DNA of 59,353 nucleotides, the filler included, from Squatina squatina (lineage: Eukaryota), in NCBI GenBank assembly GCA_031763465.1. It is 3 parts of 3 records of this genome, joined end to end, with 100 filler letters (N's around TTAATTAATTAA, not from the genome) between each part and the next. Parts side by side here need not be neighbours in the genome. Positions count along the whole stretch, not along the records: positions 26,094 to 39,192 come from JARFOE010000176.1; positions 39,293 to 59,353 come from JARFOE010000005.1; 1 more part is not named here. One strand, written 5' to 3'. The notes beneath the pieces were generated by a model. That model did no database searches and was not told the origin of the DNA. It saw only the letters and a program-made list of their open reading frames with translations. Position 1 is the stretch's first letter; every line of letters begins with the position of its first letter. The position numbers and the translations under genes are program-made. Below are positions 36,837-48,575 of this stretch, one piece after another.

Positions 36837-39192
36837 AGTTTGGGGAAAAAATAATTGAAAATAAACATGGCAGCAATATCAACTTGGTGCAGGGTGGTGC
36901 AGCTCTTCTCAGCAGCATATCTTTTATTGAGCTTAAAACTATTAGGAGGCAATAAAAATTGGTGACTATTGACAGGTATGGTCAAGTGGTAGATGTTGCA
37001 CCAGGTGTTTAAAAAATGTACAAGCTACCTGTGTAGAACAAACAAAGAGCTACTGTGGAATTTGGGTTCTATTTGCAGCCAGCTGGCTGTAACTATGTGC
37101 TTTCAGTAACAACATTCACAGTCATTTACTTATTAAAATCAAACATAATCTCAACATTGATACTAAAAATAATTTACTGTTGCTTTTTAATAAATAAATT
37201 ACTAGATATGGGACTTATTTATCATTCCAATCCAATATTCAAGGTACTGATGTATAGTATTATTATTATTCCAGTCTTGGAGGCAAAGTCTGGCCTAATC
37301 ATCTGAGAGCTGACATGCGGCACCTCCATCTTCATAAAATATTACTGAAGTAATAAAGATATCAATCAACTCCTAAGAATATTATAGACAGTATATGTGT
37401 AACTGGAGCAGGTCAAAATGTTCAACATTGATCCAAAGGAAAATCATTGTTGAATCCAATAGCTTTAATAAAGCTAAGAGGCTATTTCTGCACAAACATA
37501 GAGTGAGATTGCCATGGTTTGGATGGTAAAGTGTATTAAAATACCAACAAATGGCACCATAGTAGTTTTAAGNNNNNNNNNNAAGCCTCCTCATGGAAAG
37601 GGAATAGGTGAAGGAGAGTCATCTCTGGGCCAGAGTAATGGTTTGCTTGCTGTGGTTGTTGCAGAAGAGGATTAGAGAAGGTTTGTGAGCAGGTCAGCTG
37701 CCCACGTGGTTTGTGGCACAGGGCGATCACATCAACTAGGGAGAAAATACAGCAAACATTCCAAAAAACAGGTGCCAAAAAGTTGTTACGCAGACATTCC
37801 CTATCTATGAAAAATAATGAATACTGTTAATTTGAATTTGTAGCCCAAAGTGATTCAAATTNNNNNNNNNNNNNNNNNNNNNNNNNNNNNNNNNNNNNNN
37901 NNNNNNNNNNNNNNNNNNNNNNNNNNNNNNNNNNNNNNNNNNNNNNNNNNNNNNNNNNNNNGCGCCGGCATTTTGTAGGCCTTGGACCCGGCTCCCTGGT
38001 TGCCCCAGTCTCTGTGGCCTCAGCCTGCAGCCCTCCCCCTTAAGGCAGGAGGCTAGCTACGCTGCCGACTCAAGCCTACACTGCTGGGGAATTGGCCGAG
38101 TCAGCGCCGGGTCAGCGCCATGGCAACACTTCATTAGCGTTGCCACGTTGCACTGACCCGAAAATGAGGCAACGACCTGAATTCCAAGTCAAAACACTTC
38201 ACTCCTGTGCCGGCGCTCACAGAGCGAGATATCTACCAATGCAGAGCCCTGTTCTGGCACTCTCCAATTGTGCCCCGTAATGTGTTAATAGTGGGCTAAC
38301 ACTGGATTTCAGAGTGGGAAAACTTTGTCATCTAGCAGGATATACAAGTTCAAAAAGAAACACACTGTACGTATCAAAATCCTTTAGTTACATTTTATTG
38401 AGTCAAACCAGCAAAGTAATATGGTTTTACTTGTACTGAATTTGAAATAATGTATCTGAGTAACAGTACCTGACATTGGCACATTTTCAGTCACATAGTC
38501 AAATGTCAGGGAAATGTTGGGGAAAAGTCTGGAAATTGCTGATTGATTGTGTAATGGATTAGATGCATGCTGACTGATATGGCCACATCCAGGCAACAGA
38601 ACAAGGTGTTGGTCACACGATGTTTTGAGATTGCACATTCTAATTACATTTGGTTACTGAGAATTTTTCACTAGGTTCAAACCGCACACAATGTGCCAAC
38701 ATTTCCTTGATGTCCTGATTCACATTCAAATGTCCATGGTGTTTTCTTGGTAATGTGAGGTAATATAGTAAATTCTCACTGTAACACTGTCTTTCGGAGC
38801 TACACAAAAATGTTATAGTACGGGGAAAGTTCCAGGGAAGGCACTTTATGGGAGTTCTGTGTCAATGATGGAGCTGCAAATAAATGTGATGATATATATC
38901 AATGGTTGCAATCTATCCACATATTAGGTAGGAAAATGATCTGGTGTTTATCATGTATCGCAGAGTGACAGAGACATGAATTGATAATGAACCACTCTGT
39001 ACAACCGATTTCCTGAATACTGTTGTTTTGAAATTAATTTTGTGAAGCCCACACCTCTATGGATTTTGGCAAGCAGCTTCATGATGGGAGTGCAGGGCTT
39101 TGTATGGATGAGGGCACAGGCTGCAGAGTTCTTGACCTCGATATTAAACCTCACCCCCCAGGATGGGCAGGAGAGGGTGGGGAGGGGTTAAA

Positions 39193-39292
39193 NNNNNNNN
39201 NNNNNNNNNNNNNNNNNNNNNNNNNNNNNNNNNNNNTTAATTAATTAANNNNNNNNNNNNNNNNNNNNNNNNNNNNNNNNNNNNNNNNNNNN
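39193..39292. other. Artificial scaffold-joining spacer (44 N + TTAATTAATTAA + 44 N)
   Basis: 12-mer at 39237-39248, same geometry as 25994-26093. Confidence 0.95.
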
Positions 39293-39442
39293 ACCCGAGC
39301 ATCCCACCCACTCGCCCCATCAAACACCACCTGTGGTAGAGTTTGTGGATCCAGTCTAGGACTATTTAATTACCTCAGAACCCACAACTCCGGAGTGGAA
39401 GCACGTCATCCTCGACCCCAAGGTACTGCCTAAGAAGAAGAA
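39293..39442 (+). mobile_element. RTE-clade LINE 3' end
   Basis: Homologous to 40561-40714. Ends GTCATCCTCGACCCCAAGGTACTGCCTAAGAAGAAGAAG with an (AAG)n tail. Confidence 0.65.
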
Positions 39443-40467
39443 GGAGCTCCAGAGAGAGAAAAATATATGTAAATCCACTCTGTTTTGGAATATTCAAATC
39501 CGGGGGAATTGGTATGATAGTATAACACGGTGGTCTTTTCACCTCTCTGATCTGGATTTGAATAAGGCCCAACAAGTACACAGGCCCTTGGGACACAGTT
39601 CCATTGGTGCCAGCTAACTCAGCATACCATTAAATTCAAAATGAAACCATGGCTCTGTATGGCTCAACTACTGGTGGCTGTTACCAATGAAACCAGTGGG
39701 GGAGCTCCATTCTGTATCATTGTATTTAGCACCACCTCCTCCACTGTTAGCAATATGCAAACTGCGAAACTGTGTACCATGATGATTTTTTAAATTTCTG
39801 TTTGCATAGATAAGGCAAAGTCATCTCAGTTTAGTCCAATATCTTCAATGCACATATGGATATTGAAAACCACAGATGGCAAATTGAGAATTATAATATG
39901 CCAGACTTGGTGTGAAATTGGGCTTGAAAAGTTCAGTTAAATTGAGGAAATCATTCACGTCTTTGTTTCCAACTTTTAATTAAAGTATTAGCCCTCGCTC
40001 GTACATAAAACAAAACATTACGGAGTATATTTTAGACCCATCTGCAGAGAATGTAATCAGAAGATATAACCATAAAATACAATTTCAAATAAGTCATTTG
40101 GTTAGACTCCAGCTAATTTATGACTTTTCGCTGTCGGATTCTGCCTTTCCATTTGTTCCAGTGGAATAAACTTGAACTGAAAGTAGGTGCAGAACAAAGA
40201 GGTTTGAAAAACCAAACTGACATCAATACTAAAAATGAAACATTTTTGAGATACCTCAAACTGAAACACTGCACTCCGCAGGCTTTCCACGCTGTGCATA
40301 TTTTTCCTTTTGATTCAGAATGAGCACTATGCGGGTGCTTTTAACCCTTTCCCTTCTGGTTACGAGTNNNNNNNNNNNNNNNNNNNNNNNNNNNNNNNNN
40401 NNNNNNNNNNNNNNNNNNNNNNNNNNNNNNNNNNNNNNNNNNNNNNNNNNNNNNNNNNNNNNNNNNN

Positions 40468-40715
40468 AGGAGACGCATCCACAAAGGCACCAACTTTTTC
40501 GAGCTTCTCCGGCTGGAGCAGGTGGAGGCCAAGCACAGGCAGCGGAAGAAGCATGCGGAAATCCGAGCATCCCATCCTATCGCCCCATCAAATACCACCT
40601 GCCCCACCTGTGGTAGAGTTTGTGGATCCGGATAGGACTGTTCAGTCATCTCAGAACCCACAACTCCAGAGTGAGAGCAAGTCATCCTCGACCTCGAGGG
40701 ACTGCCTAAGAAGAA
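40468..40715 (+). mobile_element. RTE-clade LINE 3' end with C2H2 motif
   Basis: Encodes (one frameshift) CPTCGRVCGS/IGLFSHLRTH, the C-terminal zinc-finger-like motif of RTE elements, followed by an AAG tail. Confidence 0.7.
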
Positions 40716-43107
40716 TTCATTCAGAGATAATAAGTTTATTTCAGACAGAATTAACCCCCCACCCTCAAAATCAACAGAATAAAGACAAAAAGGCCAATGA
40801 TATTTCTTATTGACTGATACAAAAGGATATTGATGAGAGGCATTCTTTGTACTGGGGCTCCATCTTTAAAAGTGTGATTATTATTTGAAAGCAGTGTTTA
40901 GATTGAAAACACCTACAGTATTTTCAGACTTGATCAGCTTATCCTGCAGCTTCCTGTCGAGGTTCCAGGTACTGTATCTCTTAGTTTGATCCCTCCGTGG
41001 CATGCGGAAAGTCCTGCGCATTTCACCCANNNNNNNNNNGGAGATCGCTGCTTTCAACCCTCTGTGGATGAATTCCAAATGAGGTTTGGCAGAGGGAATG
41101 AACACAGACATCAGAATAAGATTACAGTCTCCACAGGAACAACAGTAACAATGTGTGGAGATAAATGGAGCTTCCCGTCTGGATCCTTGTGAACAATGGA
41201 TTTATATTGAGTCGGCTTCAGAGAGGAGGGCATGAAACCTAGATATATTTCCTATTAGCATGAACGTTAGATACAAAGAACAATTTCACACGCTATTATT
41301 TGTTGTTGGAAAAATTGAATAGCAAGTATTTTACATTTGTAAACTGCCAGCAAGACAATTTTTACTGTGCTGAAAACTACATTATGACTCACTGCTTTCA
41401 TAAAAATCAATATCTCATTGTTTACAGGAATTTTAATGATGTGCAACTGTAGGATGGATGTTCCCTGAAGTGTTTTATCGGAATGGGATTTTAAATGAAG
41501 CTGATATTCTCTGCATTATATATCACAAATGCTTTTGTTTTTGCCTGCAGCAGTCCTTTTTTAGTCTCATGAATGTTACAATAAAAGGTGCCAGGGATTC
41601 TGCAATCTTCAGGCGTGCATTTTTCACTTATCAAAGTGAGAGATGACCAAGACAGGAAAATGAGGCAACTGTAGTTCCACACCAACTGTATTATTAACAT
41701 CAAGCACTCCCCTGGACAATGTAGGGCAAGAATGATTTCACACTGCAGGGGATGTTCACAGAAGCTNNNNNNNNNNNNNNNNNNNNNNNNNNNNNNNNNN
41801 NNNNNNNNNNNNNNNNNNNNNNNNNNNNNNNNNNNNNNNNNNNNNNNNNNNNNNNNNNNNNNNNNNTATATAACAGGGAAGTCATGCCATGGAGATCAGA
41901 AAAGGTTCTGATTTAACATAATGAAAATTTTGGACTTGGGCGAATCCAACAAGAAAATAAAAGATTAATGATAGTTGACCTCTCTGAGATGGGTCATGTG
42001 GCTTATTGCACCCATGATTAATTGTGTGATAATTGATTGAATCCTGGTAATACAGTGTGCCTGCTGGCTGAATTACGAAAAGCTTGATTCAGAAGTAGCT
42101 GTCACAGATAGCAGTCCGACTGCTGGCTGCTTTAACCAGCCTTTGACAGCTTTAATTTCTTAATGTAATCCATGAAGGAATAGGAAATTATTGTTGATGG
42201 CAGTTCAAGCAAGTTTGTCAGTAAAAATGTAGGAAAACAGCAGACTGTTTAGCTTTTTAAGCAGCAAATTAATTAATGGCTCTAATTAGCTTGATATATT
42301 TAACTAATTTGTTATGACACTGCTTGTATTGTTGGTGTTCTGATCTAATTCATGTAATGAACGGTCTGGAGACTGTTCAAAACTTTAAAGTTGTAATCCG
42401 TCAGTGCCTTTCTCGAGCCTTTCAAAAATAATGCTGTTCAGTTTCATTAAGCACATTGAAAATGATCTCTGCTGACACGTCTCGGTTACTGAGTAATGAT
42501 ACCAGCGATAGACCTAAAACCTTTCCTACTGCGATAAGGTTTTTTTGTAATCCGCTAAACCAAAGAANNNNNNNNNNNNNNNNNNNNNNNNNNNNNNNNN
42601 NNNNNNNNNNNNNNNNNNNNNNNNNNNNNNNNNNNNNNNNNNNNNNNNNNNNNNNNNNNNNNNNNNNACACAAACCACTCAAGCCTTCCTAAATCACTGA
42701 TTATGCATAGGAATCACTCCCAACAAATTGCTCTGGCAATTACTGTAAATTGTGCTGCTCTAGCCCTGTGATACAGATGAGTCTTCAGAGTGAATTGAGT
42801 TGCCCAGAATACAGAACTGTGGCATACTTATTAACATTTCAGTCAAAAAGGGAAAATGCAAACCACCCCTTGATTCAGACTGTTAAAAGTAAGTGGTATG
42901 CGGAGACAAATAATGAAATTCAAGGGCAATAACCTGTTAATGATTTAACTGATGTGAGGAGGGAGGTGTGTATTAAATCTGCAGAGTCAGAGCAGCAATG
43001 AACAGGCCTGGCTCAATCTAGACCCCATGCTTGGGTTGCTGTTGGAAACGAAGCAGTTGCAATTATCATCCCAGTACAAGTTTCACTGCCGTTAAATACT
43101 CCAGCAT

Positions 43108-43381
43108 GTCCCTCCTCCTTTCTCCTCCTTTCTGTGACTCTCTCCTTATCTTCTCATCCCATCCTTCCCTTCCCTACTCTCATCTCCTCTCCTTCTCCAA
43201 TTCTTCCTTTCTTTCCTCTCCCCTCCTCCCCTCCTCTTCCCTACCCACTCCCCATCCCTCATCCCATCTTCATTCACCCACTCCTCCCCACTTTTTCCTC
43301 CTCCACTTCCTACTTTCTTCCTCCTCCTTTTTTTATTTTCATCCCTGTTCTCACCTCCTTCTTTCCCTCCTCATTCCCCCC
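43108..43381. repeat. Low-complexity polypyrimidine (C/T-rich) tract
   Basis: About 270 bp dominated by C/T with almost no G on the plus strand. Confidence 0.9.
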
Positions 43382-45787
43382 ATTAATAGCAGAATAGTCT
43401 CTTCCAGGTTGTATGGGATACCACTCTATCATTATGAAACAGTGTGGCATTCAATTTAGCGTGCGAAATGCATTGGGATATCTACTGGTATATAACTAAT
43501 CTTAAACTCTACTTTGCCTATTGTATATTTACCGAGTGAGTTTATCTACCCATAAGCAATGAGCAAGAAGATGTTATCTAAGGTGGAATTAAACTTGTGT
43601 TAGAGTAGCTGTGAAGTCCCAGTTGTATTAACCATGGCTAATGAAAAGTGATGATCTGACCCAAGCAGCTTCGTGCAGTATTTATGGTCCAGTTCAGATA
43701 CTGATAGATTCTGTTCAGTAAATGCTACATGAAAAGATTTATTAGCGATTGCAGGGGCAGATTCTCATTCTGTTCCAAGTCATTTGCTCCACTTTCTAGG
43801 CATTGAGCTGTCTTCTGGAAACAGTAGCCAACTTTCATCATATTAGCTAAATCAAGCTTCGGCATTTGCATTGAAGATGTTGTAAGTGTTGAAAGCTATA
43901 GGAATTTTTTTGTTTAAATAGAACGATTTTTTTTTGTACTCCCTCTGCAGTTCCTTTTCGGAGTTCATGTGGGACAGCCATTTCTTTCAGCCTGGATGGA
44001 AGGGAATGAGAGGGCCAGTCAGGCTTTTAAAGCCACATAAATCAGTTCCAGATTGATGAGAGGTTTCAGTAGAAGAGGCACCTCCAGGCAATGTATTAGC
44101 TTCCAAACCATAAACCCTAAACAAGCTCATTAATAACCCAGCCAGACTCCCTTTTCCATTAGAGAATAGCATTTAATACAACCACCCATGCACAACATGT
44201 TCTCTCCAGCCCACACAAACAAACACACAGGAAGCACATTCTGGTTCTGGCTACGTAATGGGAAAATTCCTCCTGTTGATAAATTTTTGCAAAAATGTTG
44301 TGAGTTGGCATGATTTTACGGGATTTCGGTACAAGCAACAATGTGTGGAATTGTGTCCCGATAATACAGTTGTTGTAGTTAAAGCATACATAAGCAGAAG
44401 GGATTGTTTTAACTTGAAATACTCATTGCAAAATATAAGAAACCTAATTTTACAACAATGGTAAAAATGGGGTTTTGCTGGCCCACTGGTGATGATGAAG
44501 GTGTACCTGTGCCAGTAGTTCTGTGAAGCATCACTGTGCTTTCTGAACCTGTTCCCTCCCCCTAATTTCTATTGGTTAGTGAGCATACTAAAGTATTTCC
44601 AGGGACCTTGGCCTGTTGCAAACTTGGCTNNNNNNNNNNNNNNNNNNNNNNNNNNNNNNNNNNNNNNNNNNNNNNNNNNNNNNNNNNNNNNNNNNNNNNN
44701 NNNNNNNNNNNNNNNNNNNNNNNNNNNNNAACCTCGAGCATGTAGATCAAGTTCATCAAATGGGATGAAAGACAGTACAGGTTGAAAATCGAGAGATAAA
44801 CATAGGCTGAAGAGTACGAAGAAAGAAGAAAAGTTGCAAAGCGTTTAAAATTAATACAGTACTCAAGCGAAAAACCATTCAATTGAAAAGTTTTTAGACT
44901 ACATGAAGTCTAGCTGGAAAATGTTAATGGTAAATCATGTTGATGTTCTCAAAGGAATGAAATGGAAGGATAAAGCTTCCTGTCTGATGTATCCTTGTTT
45001 GATGACAGAGTTTCAAAGATTGCTGGTATTTCTTTTTTGTAATGCAGGTAGACAGTTGAGTGTGACTACAGGAAAGGGGAATTTTGCTGATATGTATGTG
45101 TTGGATTATGCATACCTGCTGGCAGGAGGCACCACAGTAGATCATTATTATGCTGGCATGCTGTGAGGCTCGTGGGTTGAAAGCAGAGTGCCTCCGGCAG
45201 AAATCTCTGCCACATTTTCAAGTATCCTAGTTTCAATCTGTTGTTTGATCTGTAGTTCTTCGAGGAGAAAGCTGATGGTCGCATAGCTGAAGGACTAAAA
45301 TTCAACAGCAGGGTGTGGGAGAATTGTATGTAGCAGCAAACTCAGGAGTTAGATCCACAAACCACACGCCCTTGCCCCCAAATAAAAACCGATATCACAG
45401 CCCGTGAAAAAGACACTGTCACAATTATTAACCCCGTTACCCTTGCCCAACCACCAAAGATAACATGATGCATAAGCTTTCTAAATTATTTACGCTACTC
45501 AGCAAGAGGCTGCTTTGATTAGTGAAGAAAGTCCTGACTTATACAACAATCATTAAAATAATTGGATGCCATAATATCAAAGAGGGATCCCATTTGTAAT
45601 CCCTCTTTACAGTTATATCATCTGCAGAGAAAGTATTGGGCAGGAGTTAATTTTATTTTTTCAGTTCCCCTCCTTTATCATCATCAACTCCTTGAACAGG
45701 AGGATGAATTGTCCAATCGCCATATACAGATTGCAAATAGTCAACACTGGTCCTTATCAGATCTGCTAGGAAATACACTTGAACAAT

Positions 45788-46408
45788 GGGAGGTGAAATT
45801 TCCCCGGGGTGCCCATGGGGTGGTGAAACTCAGGAGCGGGCATTTTTAGCGCCGTCTCCCGAAACTGCGCCCTGCCGCGGTATTCGATGTATGAATTCCG
45901 CCTCGACTCCTGGGGTGGTACTGTGGCACACGGTCCAGGACATCACCAGCATGGCGCTGACGTCAGACGCAACGCGCTTCCTCCATTAAAGGGCTACCAG
46001 GGACGCCGGTGACCGGGCCACCAGCCTGCCACGCCAGTCGGGGTGCCAGATGAGCGGGTGCAGCCCTCCATGGGTCTGCCGGCAATTAAATATGGCGGCC
46101 GCCTGCACTTCGGCCCTCCCCTTTAAGGGGGCCTTTGCTGTGGCAGCAAAAGCTGCCGCTGCAACCAACTGGCGCGGCCGCCGTGTCCCGTGGGGGAATT
46201 TCACCCGCGGGACACAACGGGGGCGGTAAGTCTCTGCGCGGTACGGGGTTGGCACGCACTTTTATGATGTCGAATTCACCTCAGAGACCCTCCTGGCAAT
46301 TTCTTGGAAGATGAGGTCGCCGCCTCACGGCGCCATTTTTTGCATTTTCATCTCGTTAGCGCCCCTCAGAGGTGCTAACAGGGTGAAAAAATAAGGGAAT
46401 TCCACCCC
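45788..46408. mobile_element. GC-rich MITE-like element with imperfect TIRs (possibly Harbinger-type)
   Basis: Left end GGGAGGTGAAATTTCCC; reverse complement of right end GGGGTGGAATTCCC. About 620 bp, CpG-rich, non-coding. Confidence 0.55.
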
Positions 46409-46628
46409 TTTAATGTCCAAGTAAAGAAATGTTTACTGNNNNNNNNNNNNNNNNNNNNNNNNNNNNNNNNNNNNNNNNNNNNNNNNNNNNNNNNNNNNNN
46501 NNNNNNNNNNNNNNNNNNNNNNNNNNNNNNNNNNNNNNTAATTGTGGTGATATTAAAATTCCTTTATGAAGCTTAACATGGGCTTTAGCTTGATCATTCA
46601 ACTGAGGCAGTTCTTGTGGCTTGCTTGT

Positions 46629-46680
46629 ATTATATATTTACATATAATGTATATATATATTATATATAGATATATATATA
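46629..46680. repeat. Imperfect (AT)n microsatellite
   Basis: Interrupted ATATAT runs. Confidence 0.85.
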
Positions 46681-46819
46681 CTTTATTCATTATTTTCTCC
46701 TGATTTCTTCTGATATTTTCATCATCACTCTCATCATACAGCAGCAGAAAGACATGTTGGTCAGTATGATGGANNNNNNNNNNGAATAGATGTGGTGTAG
46801 GTGGCACCATTATCAACAC

Positions 46820-47110
46820 TGTGGAATTGAGTCAACGGAAAGATTCCGGGTTTGATCACTAGCCTGTGATGAGGTAGTTGATCTCAACAAGAATGGCAGT
46901 AATTGGCCTCAGTATTCATGGATCAGGAGGGAAGAATCTGCCAGGGTTCCCTGATCATTATTCGAAGACACCTTCTAGATTTTGCCTGTGGTGGATGTCA
47001 GATGTGGATAAGGCCTGGCAGGGCTGAAGTGCCCAAGCTCAAATAGCCTACCAACAGGCAGCAGGTAGGCTCGGCGTTAAAGCATTGCCACTTGAGTGGA
47101 GAGTGACTGA
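46820..47110 (+). mobile_element. SINE-like repeat (same family as 28586, 48372, 54255)
   Basis: Shared blocks TGATCTCA..GGCAGT..TTGGCCTCAGT..GGAGGGAAGAATCTGCCAGGGTTCC..AATAGCCT..GCCACTTGAGTG. Confidence 0.5.
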
Positions 47111-48371
47111 CACTGAGATATTTCAGCAAGAGCCAGCACTTTGAGGATAGGAGAAGAGTAAATTGGCTAGGGACAGAATAAAGGACAATTAAACGTCTGC
47201 TCAACCCAGAAAGCATAAATAATGGACGAGCTGTGAATAGCATTGCAAGTGACCTTGTGGAACTGTTAAATTGCTGTTGTAGACTAGGATAACAAGCAGT
47301 GAAGAAACAGAAGGGGGGAAATGACAATTTGTTAAAGTTAAAGTAAAATAAAACAGAGCTGAGGTCAAATCCCACCTTGAAATTGTGGTTCTTTATATGC
47401 TTTTTGACTGTACATATACAGAGACACATAAGTACCAGAGTCATTCGCACATCAATCAGTTTGGGAGTGTTCTGACAGCTGAAATTTCAATCTGATAGAA
47501 TATTGTTTAATTTGGGGCGGGGTGGGGGGGGCGGTGGAGAGGGGAGGTGTNNNNNNNNNNAAAGGTCCTATACTTATGCTCGATTTTTTTTTTTAAGTAA
47601 AGGAAAATATTTGGATGCTGTAAAAGAAAATTTGACATATGCTTATTATCATAAATATATTCACAAAATATGCAGTACATGAAAAATGATCATGTTTTTG
47701 CAAAAACAAATTTCCACAGTTTTTGATCTAATGGGTGTTTTTTTCTTTCCCAGTTCCTGGCTATCTGTTATGAGATCCTAATATGAGGTGTGCTTGGCAT
47801 GATGAGGAATTGCATGCATCAGTAATTTTTCATTTTAGAATAATGCCAGCTAAATTATGAATACATTACACTGAATTCTGAACTGAAAATGGATACTGTT
47901 CAGAAGGCTGACATCCTTATGGCAGTGTGCTCGCAGAGAATACTGATGTGCTGTGGCCTGAACTTTGGGNNNNNNNNNNGCAGATGTCTCGCATACCAGA
48001 TGCACAAATTTCCCAATACCCCGGGCCAATTCCAAAAGTTATCTCCTTGAAAAGTTTGTCTGTACTTTAACGAGCACAGCAAGTGTAAATCATGAGCTGC
48101 GTTACAAGTCCGAATCATACAAGTCACCAACTGAACCCCTTGCATTCTGTAACGGCCTTTTAACACATTCCCAGCCAGCTGTTGAGCTTACTTGCTGTAA
48201 TAATTGATAAAATACAATGCAATGAAAGCTCACTGGCCAGATGTTTTCTTCTCGGTGTGTGGCATCCATCACAGTGATAATTGTAATCATTGACAGGAAG
48301 GACATCCTGCGATGAAAGCACTCACTAAAGGTATCCTGAAAGCTCCGTTAGTTATTTATGGCTGAGACTCG

Positions 48372-48575
48372 CAATCCAGGAAAGTCCCACCTCTGATCCT
48401 CAGCCTTTCTCAGCTGGGATCATGGTGCAGTTAGCCTCAGTGCTCTTGGTGGTTGGAAGGGAAGGATCTGCCAAAGTTCCCACTCCTCATGCTGTCCAGT
48501 TACTCCGACTGGTCAATACGGCTGTATGCAGGTTGAGTCTGGGAAAGGATCAATTTAGCTTATGATGGCTCTCCA
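48372..48575 (+). mobile_element. SINE-like repeat, diverged copy
   Basis: CAGGAAAGTCCC..CTCAGCTGGG..GCCTCAGTGC..GGAAGGGAAGGATCTGCCAAAGTTCC..TCCAGT, shared with the 46820 copy. Confidence 0.45.

Noticed and set aside
43031-43459. 142-aa Ser/Pro/Leu/Phe-rich ORF
   Set aside because: Artefact of the polypyrimidine tract, which is depleted of stop codons.
45788-46408. CpG island or promoter
   Set aside because: Sharp boundaries with inverted termini shared with other blocks favour a transposon origin.
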